A stretch of DNA of 64,000 nt, taken from the NCBI GenBank assembly GCA_964252035.1, contig OZ176202.1; one strand, 5' to 3'. The notes beneath the pieces are model-generated. The model made no database searches, had not been told where the DNA came from, and saw nothing but the letters and a program-made list of their open reading frames with translations. The position numbers and the translations under genes are program-made. Source of the stretch: Podarcis erhardii (Eukaryota). Each line of letters opens with the position of its first letter. The stretch's first letter is position 1. Of this stretch, positions 51,868 through 62,591 are shown one piece after another.

Positions 51868-51914
51868 CTATTCCCAGGCCAGAATAACCTCCTCCAACTT
51901 TCCATCTTGACTGC
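51868..51914 (-). other. SIPA1L2: Candidate non-coding leader exon 2 of SIPA1L2 (about 47-51 nt)
   Basis: Branch-like CTCAC, a pyrimidine tract (TTTCTTCCTCTCCCCTCC), tandem CAG acceptors giving exon starts at 51918, 51914 or 51910, and a strong donor TAG|GTGAGG at 51867. Inferred from motifs only. Confidence 0.55.
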
Positions 51915-52029
51915 CTGTCTGTCTCTCGGAGGGGAGAGGAAGAAAGTAACGTGAGCAAGCTTGGCACCATCTACAGCAAGTGCATGAAGAAAGTGTCGCT
52001 TCCCCAACCCCCCCCCCCCACCAGAAACT

Positions 52030-52077
<48 letters not shown>

Positions 52078-52086
52078 AGGGAGGGA
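52030..52086. repeat. Compound microsatellite (CA)5(GA)15(GGGA)4
   Basis: Read directly from the sequence. Confidence 0.95.
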
Positions 52087-52349
52087 GTTCCTGGTGCTGT
52101 GGAGAATTAATCCCCCAAAGCCCTCCATTAATTCCTCCCTCTCTCTTTCTCTTCCACCAAAGGGGGGGGGGAGGGGAGGGGGTGGCACCGACCTGCCCCT
52201 CCTCGGAAGACCCGCTTTCCCCTCAGCCGGACTGGAGGAGCCGCTTCTGCCCCTCAGTCTCGAACCCAGCCCGGCTCGGCTCCTCTTCCAGACTCCACTT
52301 TCTCAGGAGAACCGACGCGAGAGAGACCCGGCGGCGGCGGCTCCCTTAC

Positions 52350-52640
52350 CTCCTTTCCACACCCCAGCAGCGAAGCCAGGCTGCTCCCAGGCGAAGGAGC
52401 TCCGTCCGGTTACCTTCCTCTCCCCCCTCGAAACCAACTGGCGGACTGACTGACTGACTGAGGGAGCGTCTCTCCCTCAAAGGGCGGCGGGGAGGGGAAG
52501 GAGGGGGGGGCGACCCGAGCGAGCGCCGCGCGCGACGCCCGTCCGCTTTAGCCGGCGCAGCTGCCCGCGCGAGGCAAGCTCCGGCTCGGTCCGTCTCAGC
52601 CGCCGGATAGGCTGGGGAGGAAAGGAGCTCAGCTTCGCTG
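52350..52640 (-). other. SIPA1L2: Candidate first (non-coding) exon of SIPA1L2; the TSS position is approximate
   Basis: Lies downstream of the CCAAT/GC boxes inside the CpG island. Donor GAG|GTAAGG at 52349, with an alternative AAG|GTAACC at 52413. Confidence 0.5.
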
Positions 52641-52669
52641 CAAGGCGCGGCTACGCCTCCCTGGCTCCT

Positions 52670-52760
52670 CATTGGCTGAGGCCGCCCCTCGGAGGGCGCC
52701 CTGACGCCCCATTGGACAGGGAAGGTGCCTCTAGTGGGGGGGGGGAGGAGGCCCCGCCTA
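52670..52760 (-). promoter_or_regulatory. Core promoter motifs: two CCAAT (NF-Y) boxes 40 bp apart, GC boxes and a half-CRE
   Basis: Plus-strand ATTGG at 52671-52675 (minus CAGCCAATGAG) and 52711-52715. GCCGCCCC at 52681-52688. GGCCCCGCCT at 52750-52759. TGACG at 52702-52706. Confidence 0.7.
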
Positions 52761-53450
52761 CGTATTAGCAGGCGATCCCACCTTCTGCTGTTCCCCTCTC
52801 CTTCTCTCTCTCGGTAATTGTCTTCCTTGCCTTATAGAGCCAGCTGAGATCCGCGGCCGCCGCTCTTTCTCTCCCCCCGCCCCCCGTTTCCCAGGCGGCG
52901 CGCGGGGCGGGTTCCTAAAGTTCTGCCTCTTAGGACAGCTCCGCTGGGGAAAGTCTCTAAGCTGGGGGAGGAGGCCGGCGGGAAGCCCGGAGCGAAGCAG
53001 CTCACCGCCAGAGAGAGAGACTGTAACCAGCCTTGCGCGCTGCGTCTCGGATCCCGGTGGGATTCCTCATAGCGCGGCTCTGGGCGGCCAAAGGGGTTTT
53101 TTAAATGCGAATATGAAACCTACGTTGGCCATGACGCCGATTTGCACCGCAAACTCCTCTCTTGCGTGGACGGCGATCGGACCTTGACCCGAGTCGCTGT
53201 TTAAGCGGGGGGGGGGGGGTGAAAAGAAAAGCGGCCATCGGTAAACTTTAATAAACGTGCCTGCCTCTAAAACTCCGGTGGGGACTCCGTAGCCCCTACA
53301 GGGCGCATAGGGCAGCCCTTTGCAGAGAGGGGAGGAGCATCCTCGAAGCATTCAATGGCATCTCGGTTTCAAGACCCTGGACAACTCCATCGTTGTAAGG
53401 CGTTGCCATTTCGTGCTCTCTTTCTGGGGCAGGTGGTGTCTTCGCAGCGA

Positions 53451-53735
53451 AATCAGAATCACAGAATTGTAAGGGACCGTGAGGGTCAGGTGTGCCAACT
53501 TGAATAAAATAGGGGGAAGGGAGGTAAGCCCCGCCCCGAATAATCGATCACATGACCCTGTGCACATTTATATGGCAATGCCCTTCAATTTGGAGGGGCA
53601 GCCTCCTCAAATATTTTATTGGGGGGGCAATCCCCTTCAGCAATCCCCTTCAGGAGTTGGCTCCTATGGTACAGGAATCTTTTGCCCAACCCTGAGATTA
53701 AGAGTCTCGTGTTCAGTTCACTGAGCTATCCCAGC
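53451..53735 (-). mobile_element. tRNA-head/CR1-tail SINE interrupted by an approximately 180-bp hAT-like MITE
   Basis: Head CTGGGATAGCTCAGT...GAGACTCTTAATCTCAGGG (53735-53672). Tail GACCCTCACGGTCCCTTACAATTCTGTGATTCTG (53488-53451). Unrelated insert at 53489-53669 with GCCAACT-containing imperfect inverted ends. Confidence 0.7.
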
Positions 53736-54689
53736 TGAGTGCCAAAACGCACAAACTTCCTCAAAGTCTATTTAAAAACGTAATGTACACATCTGTGGTA
53801 GCCACTGTAAAACAGTGGAAATGAAAAAACGAGAGACAGACAGCATGTAGGGACAGCTCTTTAGAAGCAGGAAGTAAAACTGCACCATGAGTTTTTATTT
53901 GAGAAGACAAAAATAAATTACATATCTCTCAAACATATGATGATAAAAGCTACTCTTACAGTAACTTCTGTTCTGAAATCTTTATGCTTACAAATTTGCT
54001 GTTGTTGGGTATGTAAAGCAACCTGCCCATCTCTCTAATGAGAAGCATTTTGCTGACTTCTTACATTATTTCTCCTAAAACATCCACCATAAGAAAAATC
54101 TGATTTGACCAGGTCTGGGTACTGATACTTGATAAGAATGCATGGAATGCAGAGACAAGGAAAGTTGTGCAGCTCATTCTGAAGGAATTATGTACCAGGT
54201 ACCCAGATACAGGAAGGTCATCCTGGGAAGAAAGAAGTCGTCAACATTGATTCTGACAGTACAGTTGGTACTCAGAAATAAGTCTGAGTTTCATGGGGCT
54301 TACTCCCAAGTAAGTGTGTGCAGGATTGCAGCCCAAAGCACAGTTCCCTTGTTGCACTTTGCCTTGAGGACAGGCACAGGGTTTTCAGTAAAGTGCAGTT
54401 GTACTATAGCCCTATTATTCCCTCTAAAATTTAGAATAGTGCATTAAAGTTTTGGAAACAATAATTTTAAGACTTAATGCAGTTTCCAGAAGAAGTGCAC
54501 TTTCATCTTTTTATATATATGAAAAATATTAGCCCCATAAATTCAAACAGGTGTACTCCAGGGGAAAGACGTTATGACTTCAGTATGCTCTGAAAAGATA
54601 TTTAATTGATTCTTTTGGGGTGTTTCCCATTAGAAGGTGTTATTTTCTTGGCTTCATTTCTTCAGCCCCCTTGGATAAAAAGAATTTGA

Positions 54690-54935
54690 GAAGAGAAGAA
54701 GAGTTTGGATTTGATATCCCACTTTATCACTACCCTAAGGAGTCTTAAAGTGGCTAACATTCTCCTTTCCTTTCCTCCCCCACCAAAAACAGTGAGGTGA
54801 GTGAGGCTGAGAGACTTCAGAGAAGTCTGACTAGCCCAAGTTCACCCAGAGCTGCATGTGGAGGAGCGGAGACGCGAACCCGGTTCCTCAGATTATGAGT
54901 CTACTGCTCTTAACCACCACATCACACTGGCTCTC
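54690..54935 (-). mobile_element. Ther1/MIR-derived CORE SINE (Squam3-like)
   Basis: The minus strand reads GAGAGCCAGTGTGATGTGGTGGTTAAGAGCAGTAGACTC...GGTGAACTTGGGCTAGTCA...GATATCAAATCCAAACTCTTCTTCTC, i.e. a tRNA head, CORE-like segment and CTT-type tail. The family name is from recall. Confidence 0.85.
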
Positions 54936-56744
54936 AGTGAGAGGCCCGCCTCACAGGAATACATGGTCTTGATCTTCCTAAAGTTGACTCAGAATTCATC
55001 CACTAGGTGAAATTATGTCTAGAGATGGGCAGTTGCAAGAGTCCAGGCAGTATAGTAGGCAAGATATCATTCAATTTAATAAAAGTGCTACTGCCGCCAA
55101 CTCTTTTAATCATAACTGTGACATGACAGTAATGAACTCAGGGATAAAGTAGGTACTACAATGCCCAGAGTTTTTGCAATAGAAAAGCAGCCCCAAGATA
55201 TCCTGCCTTGTAGTGTTCTCTGATTTTATTAATTTTATTTTAAGTTTATGGATATTGTTCATGTATTTTGTTGTGGAAATCATCTGAAGTGGGTTTTTTG
55301 TACTTATTGTATATGTAAGCCACTTTGAGATCTTTGAGATAGTAGAGTGATCTATGATGTCTTTTTGAGCAAAAGAATGGTAGAGAGAATGGGTGCTTAA
55401 CCCCTCCCCATGATGATTTTTAGTTTAAAATCACACACACAAATACCCTTTTTCACAAATACACATATGGAAGCAGAGGGAGAGAAGCTGGGAGGGGAAA
55501 AAATACTTGGCAGGGAAAAGGTTACACATAGGCAAAGTGCTCCTCTGCTCAAAAACACAATCTCCTGAGGCTGTTTTCATTACAAAACTCATCAGGCCTT
55601 CATTACATACATTTTCGTGTAGTGCATAGTCTGCCCCTCAAAGTTTCAATTGCTCACTAGGAAGGTATGGAGATTAACCATTCAGTAACCCTAGTTTTCA
55701 CATGGCTTGGAAACAAGCAACAGACTGACATTTACAAGAATTCCCTTGTCTTGTAAATTTCAGTTTTACTGCTAACCTTATTGAAACAGAGCAGGCAGAC
55801 ACAATGAAAATGCCACATGCTCAAGGTTGCTCTAAAATACTCAACCAATCAAGTTTACATTTTAACCTTAATATATCTGCTGTTGGGTTGCTGTTGTTGT
55901 TTTTACCCCAGCTGCTAATGTTCATGTTTTTGTGTTGCATTAGGTTTTAATTAATTTGTTGCCTATATTACTGAAGACAATCCTGGCATCTGCTTTGATG
56001 AAGGGTGGCCTAGAAATGTTTTAAATAAGTAAAACATCACACACAACCTGACTGCATTCCTCAACTGTTTAATCAAATCCATTAATTTTTTCCTAGGCAA
56101 TCTTTGTTTCAAATTGTATACAACATTACCCAGTGTAGATAGTTGCCTCTCTCTCTCTCTCTCTCCATATATAAAAAAGAATCCTGTGTTTATTTATTGA
56201 TTTTTACAAATGTAATTATAAATGAGTATTTTAATTGATTAAATGAAGGTGGCATTCTGTTGAGTCATTAGGTAGCTACTCCCCAGCGAGTGCTATCTGA
56301 AAGTGCACTCTTTTATAAACTCAGGGTAGACTCATATATCCATCTATGATACAAAGGTTTGTGGAGAATTTGTACATGGTGCATATATTGTCAAAATATA
56401 TACACTGCACATATATGCACAATGTTAATTTGCTATGGCACTGAATGGCTGGTTTTAGTAATGCCACATAGAGACTACAGTATTAAACAGTATATGAATA
56501 GTTTTTTAAAAAACAAAACACAAAAAACCAGGCAAGTAATAGTGTGGTGTTGACTAGCACATTATCAACATTGATCAGCTCACGCTCGTTTTTGCATTGT
56601 GTGGGCCACACATAGTTTTAGTGTATCTGAATTGTTTTAGTAAATATTTTGAGAGCTGCATTGAAAGCACAACTGCAGTATAAAGGTGAAACACCTGCTT
56701 TTAAAACAAAAGGAAACAAGATTTGATAGTCATCTTCAAACATC

Positions 56745-56972
56745 ACAAGGGCCATCACAAGCTTGTTTTCTCCTGCTCCAGAGGGCAGGACCTGAAGCAA
56801 TGGATTCAAGTTACAAGAAAGGAGATTACAATTAAACATCAGGACTCCCTTGGAAGGTAGTGGACTCTCCATTGAAGGTTTTAAGCTGCCATGCATGCCT
56901 TAGTTGAGATTCCTGCATTGCAAGGGGCTGGACCTCAGGGTCCCTTCAAACTCTACAATACTATGTTTCTAA
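56745..56972 (+). mobile_element. CR1 3'-end fragment with internal deletions
   Basis: GCTTGTTTTCTCCTGCTCCAGAGGGCAGGACC...TCCCTTCAAACTCTACAATACTATG, homologous to 47000-47270 in this window. Confidence 0.82.
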
Positions 56973-58242
56973 GTGGGACCTGCACTTGTTGCAGTGTGGG
57001 ATGCTCCCATTGAGTGCTCCAGCCAGCCAGTGAGTCGTGGCCTCTTCGAGACATCCTGTTACTCACCCTGCCATCCTGGGCTTCTTTGGGAGGAAGAGCA
57101 TGATATAAATTATGCAAACAAACAAATACCCATTTTTTACCAGCATCCCTTCAATAGACACTCAGTATTCAATGCCCACTCAGCACACTCTACTCTCATT
57201 AGACTGGGAGGGGGTCTTCTTCCTCCATAGGGCCTTTCTAATGTACTTTTCTGCTTCTGCAAACCTTGAGGCTCCCCCAAATCCGTTGGCACCTACCTCT
57301 TGTGCATAGATGGTTTTTGGCTATGTAAGAATTAGCAACTGAAGAATTAAATCGTTACCGGTGTACTATATAAACTACCTTTTGCTTGGTAGATGGATGT
57401 AAATTCTCCTTAAAGGCAGGTAGGTGGAATTTATATTACTTCCGCCTTTTAAAGACTGTTCATGCTGAACAATTGAAGGTACACCTATATTTCTTCTTGT
57501 CGTGCTATCTCCGGTACCCAGAGTCCCGCATTACGCCTACAAAGCATTCTGGCTGTGTTTGAAGCCTTTTCTTCATTGCTTGTCACTGTTGTTCCTAGAA
57601 ATAACTGACAAGTGTATTAAGGGAACGAGCAAAAAATGCTATTCCCCGGATAATCCCTCTGCTTACAGTAGTTTGAAACAAAATTGAGGACACAAATGAT
57701 TTTACTTCACATGTATTTAAAACTTTCTGATTCTTTCATTAGCATATTTTCTCCAGAACTATCGAGGCCCCAATCTCTGTAAAATCATTATACAAGAATT
57801 TGCATTACAGGCAATTTCATTGTGCAGTTTACATAATGTACATTGTCTTAAGAAATAACCTGTTATGGTTCTCCACCACTAGGTGTCCTCTGTTAATACT
57901 TGCCGCTGTGGTTATTTCTGTACATGAAATCTCTGGTCCTTTTAAAAAATATGAACATTTACAGGTCGCCCTTCCTAACCATTGATTTTTCTCTCTTACC
58001 TATCACATTTCAGTAATGCTGAAATATTTATTGCATTATTGGCTACTATTACATGTGAGCTCATTTGGATGGGACCCCCCTGCTGTGCTAAATGCTGTGT
58101 GGAATTCTTGACCTTTTGCAAGCAATTCTTGGACTGAAACCAACCTGTATTATTAAGAGATCAGGAGTGTTTCAGATCCAGGGTCTGTTTGCTGCAGATT
58201 TATACTTCAGCAACCTTGCCTGGAAATACTATTCCCTAAGAC

Positions 58243-58378
58243 CAGTGCTATTTTTTCCTTAAAAAAAAGTATGTTTGGGGGTACTCTCATTTTGACTCAA
58301 GGGAAAATAAGTACAGTAAATGGACAAAAGTACAAAGATTCACAAAATGTTTAGGGGTCCCCCCAGAAAAAAACACTG
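58243..58378. mobile_element. hAT MITE, 136 bp
   Basis: TIRs CAGTGCTATTTTTT / AGAAAAAAACACTG and an exact 8-bp TSD CCTAAGAC at 58235-58242 and 58379-58386. Confidence 0.88.
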
Positions 58379-61300
58379 CCTAAGACCATGGAAATGCCAG
58401 CTATATTAATTTGAAATAGTGCATATTGCATCCCTTATAGACATGCTAGCACATCCCCCTAAAATTTCCTTTCTCTGTAGGCTTGGCTTTCACTTGTATA
58501 GCTAACAGTGCAATGCTACATTTGTCTACTTGATGTGAATCCCCTTAAATTAAAAGGGGCTTACTCCCAGGTAAGTGAGCACAGGGCTTCAGCCCTCGAC
58601 AATAATCCTATATGCACACACTTGCACTTCCAGGCTTTCATATAATTCCAGTGGACCTTTGTTACCTCCTAACATGCCCTTCACCTAGTTCCTTTCCTGT
58701 TAATATTTAGATTCTGATGTTGGCGAGTGTGCTAATCTCCGTGGGTGATCCTTCAACCAAACCAAATGCCATTTTCTTCCCAGTTCATAACTACGCAGGA
58801 GCAGAGGAAGGAGGGAAGGGCTGTTCTTCCACCCTGCTCCCACCTGCTGACCTAGCTGTTGCTTGTGCTATCTGTTACAGTGTCAACAATAGCTGGGAAT
58901 CCTCTGTCCATCTTCTTTTCTCCCCTTCCTTCTCCTCTTCCTTCCCCCACCCTCCTTAGCACCTATTCCTGGTGCCAGAGAGAAAGTGAGGAAAAGAAGG
59001 TTCATTCTTCATCTCTGCCACCACCACCATCAGACCTGCTGCAACCACAGTCCAGGAACTGCTGGATGAATGGGGTGGGGTCAGGACAGCAATTCTGAGT
59101 ACCTTGGGAGCATTGCGGGTGTGTGTGTGTGATAACTTTAATCTGCAGACACATAGTGGTGAGATAGTATACAGGGAAGGAAGACGGCTGCTTTAAAAAT
59201 CCACAGAAAACCACATGCATTTAAAATTAAATTTTAAATTAAATTAAATTGCATTTTAAAAAATCCTCAATTTTATCTGTATGTAATAAAGGTGAAGAAG
59301 TCTTCACCTGAACACATAAAACAGATGCCTTGTGATGGAGTCTGCTGCAGTGGCATACCTCAATCACCACTAACTCCCATGAAGTAGACTTTACTGTGCA
59401 TTCCGTGAAATCCATTTCCAGAGCCCATGAATTGGGGAAAGCTCTGCTTGTTTTAATTAGCAATATCCTTCAAATAAGTGTGCCTTTATATTAATTGCAG
59501 AAGCAAAGTTTCCTCTAATTTTCCCCAGTTGACTAACCCCTGCCTCCCTTGTCTGTGGTTTACCAGCAGGAAACCACTAGAGGGGACTTATCAATATAAG
59601 ATTAGAGAACATACAATGGTAATCTGTACACTTGCCATGCTGACATTTCCCAGCCTTTCAGATTTGCTAAAATGAGCTGCGCAGCCACACTAACTTAATT
59701 ATGCTGGGGAAGGAAATCATTTTAAAGTTCAGCTGTCACCCCCTCCTGATCCAGATGTGGTATCTGAGATCTCCGAACACTGTAACATAAATAATTGCGC
59801 ACCGCCACCCATAATACAGCCGGCAGCTAATGAGCTGGATGAACCCCGATTGTAATTTCCCCACCACCTTTGAGAAAGGGGCCCAGCAGAAACGGCCTTT
59901 TCAACAAGAGCGTGAGCAAGCAGAGGCACTGCAAGCCACTGTTGGAGTATCAGAGCTTGGCAGAGCTGAGGCAGTCGATTTGCTGGCGATGGCTTGTGAC
60001 TTGTTGTGAATGCCACTAGGGGCAGCAGAATGGGTGACAGAGTGATAGGACTTAAGGGACACAATCCACTCATATATTCAGGGGGAATGCATCCCATTTC
60101 ACTACTTGAGGCCAAACGAGAAGTGCTGCCCTGCTCTGCCACCGCTGTGCCGCTCACCACAACAGTTCTCACCAAAATCTCACAAGACTTTGCGCGCCAG
60201 AGCAGGTGCCGCTTCTCTGGGGTGGGGTGGGCACTCACAGGGGCTCCACCTTGGGAACCTCTGCTGCCTGAGGCAGCTGCTGCACCCCACCTTTTGTGGG
60301 GGCCGGGACTGCATATTCTCTCCTGCACACACCTAATGGAAACAGAAATGCAAGACTCGTTTTCCATACCACTTTACTAAGCACACAGAAATGAGACTTT
60401 GGAAAATAAAACAAATCTGAAATTACATTATAAACATGGGAAGTATATTCTAGGAAGGATGAGCGGGTATGTTCCTGTCAAGTCCCAGTGTTCCCCCCAC
60501 TCAGGCGAGTGCCCTTAACACCCCCTTCAGTACCATCCCAGCCTGAGGACGTGGCTCTGCCATCATTTTCTGACTTTGGGGTTGTTCACTCTTCACATGT
60601 GCCCTGGCTCTGAGGCTGCCTCTTTCTCTTTGAGAAAGTTTATTTAGAAAGCACAAGGGAGTCGTGACAACTTAAGAAGAACACCATGAAGTAAAGATGC
60701 CTGCCCTAGTTAGGTCAAAGGAAATAATGTGGCCTACAAGATAAATCAAGCAGCTGTGTGTTTGAGAGTATGAAGGAGTGGGGAAATTCCATGGGCTAAG
60801 GGGCCTGGTCACCACGACAACCAGGAGGTACAGGATGGCAATAGTGCCCCATTCTCCATATACTGCTCCTATTAGAGAAGTTTCACCAGTCTCCTTGGCT
60901 CCTTCTTAAAGTGCCCTCCTCCATAGCCACTCAGGGACATGTGACGGCAGAATCAGTTATGGGCCCCTTACAGTTTGCAGATACCTGTCCCAGAAGGGTG
61001 GAGCCACTGGAAAGAAAGGCCTTGTCAGCAGACAAAGCTGGTGTGTTGCTGAGACAACGTCTTCCTAAGCTCAGACAGCGGGGACCATGGTGAGCCAGGC
61101 TCTGATAAGTGCTGTCCCTTCTCCATCAAACACCAAACCCCAGCAGGGCAGGGGAGCTTCCCATGCTCCACCATCAAGTGCTGGGTTTACACAGTTCCCG
61201 AAATATTACTTAATCACACAAAAGCTGTCCTCCTCTGCCTTTCAGCTCTTTGTTGGGGAACATTCCTGGCATGTTTTTATTTGCAAGTGAATGCCCTTGG

Positions 61301-61425
61301 AGCACCCATGACCTATCAAATCAAAATTCTCCACATGGCAGTGGCTATTTTCTATAGTCATTGATAATGCTGCATCACACCAGAGAGAATCAGACTTTGT
61401 AGTGTGGCCTTAGTTACTCAGAAGC

Positions 61426-61795
61426 CTGGATGGGTGAATCTGCCAGTGTTGGTTTCTCTCAGTTGCTCATTTTCCCAATCTTATCTTCAGTTCTCCACAT
61501 TTCCACATTAGTTTTATATACTGTATATATAAAGAAGTCATGCAAATACACCAGTATGTTCCTGCAAATTTCTCATAAAATACACATTTTTGCGAAGAAG
61601 TTTTCCTTTTGTATTTCCTTCCTTCATATATATATACATTTATATACACACTTTACACTAGTATATGCATCTTTGTACACATTATTGCATTCCAAAATTC
61701 GGACAAGTGTGCATTTCAAAAGATGGCTGTGTTTCGGTTTCATCTTATTTTGGAAATTGTGCATTGGGTAAATTTGCCTTTAAATGCAAACTGAA
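61426..61795. repeat. Dispersed repeat, probably a non-autonomous DNA transposon
   Basis: Begins GGATGGGTGAATCTG...GGTTTCTCTCAGTTGCTCATTTT, recalled as a common lizard repeat end. Ends and class are not established. Confidence 0.4.
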
Positions 61796-62162
61796 GTGCA
61801 CTCAGATGTTACCCCTATTGAGTTCAATGGCACTTACTCTCAAGTATGTACAGGATTGTAGCTTTAAGGTAGTAATTTAAAACTCACAATCCTTGCATCC
61901 ATCATGCCTCTTCCTATAACAATGAAAACTTTCAGGCTTGTTTCCTGGCCAGTTCTCACACAAGCAAAGCATATTAGAAAGCTGCCTAAAATTCCTCTGC
62001 ACTTTCAATAGGATTCACATTGTGTTAAAGCATGCTAGACTGGCTGCATTTCAGCAAATGTGAAATATAATACTGCTAATCCACTGTTTGCTTTGCTGAG
62101 AATGAAGCTTAACTCTTTAAGGAGGCTTAATTTTCTCCTAAACTTCTTTGGGGGGTGTATGT

Positions 62163-62164
<2 letters not shown>

Positions 62165-62200
<36 letters not shown>
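62165..62200. repeat. (AC)18 microsatellite
   Basis: Read directly from the sequence. Confidence 0.97.
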
Positions 62201-62202
<2 letters not shown>

Positions 62203-62591
62203 TATACAAGTATATATATATACAAGTAGCTTGCAATGTCCTGGTATCCTTGGAAGATCTCAGCTGCAAGAATCACAATCTGTTCATGCAGTGCACAACT
62301 TGTGGCTCACTAAGCCTGTAGAATTTGTAGCCCACCAAGTTAAGCGCAACGCACACCCCTGGACAGTGGCAAACAAAGGGTACAACAATCCTCCCCCCCC
62401 CCCGCCGCCTAGAAGTGCAAAAAAGAAAGGGTGTCAAGAACTTCAGAAGCTACTGGGCATGGCATCTTGGGCTTGGGGAGTCATCCGTCATGCAGGCCTG
62501 TTACAAACAGTGTCTCGCACAGACATACTTGGATACTGGAGACAAACCACCCACACTGATTTCTAGCCATTTGAAATCCTAGGAAGCAAGG

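Larger units (their letters stand above)
52180..53360. promoter_or_regulatory. CpG-island promoter of SIPA1L2
   Basis: Abrupt GC- and CpG-dense block in an AT-rich, CpG-depleted background, at the 5' end of the gene. Confidence 0.85.

Noticed and set aside
51868-51970. Longer 103-nt version of leader exon 2 using the ctgtAG acceptor at 51971
   Set aside because: The branch-like CTCAC and the best pyrimidine tract lie inside this interval, which favours the downstream CAG acceptors. It cannot be fully excluded without RNA data.
51645-53567. Multiple ORFs across the CpG island (e.g. 51951..52457, 52346..52672)
   Set aside because: They are artefacts of high GC and microsatellites (ERERER, PPPP), with no homology recognised.
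59729-60367. 212-aa minus-strand ORF (and the overlapping 124-aa plus-strand ORF)
   Set aside because: It has no recognisable domain, has a low-information composition typical of GC-rich non-coding DNA, and overlaps a MITE-like segment near 60200-60300. I found no splice context linking it to anything.
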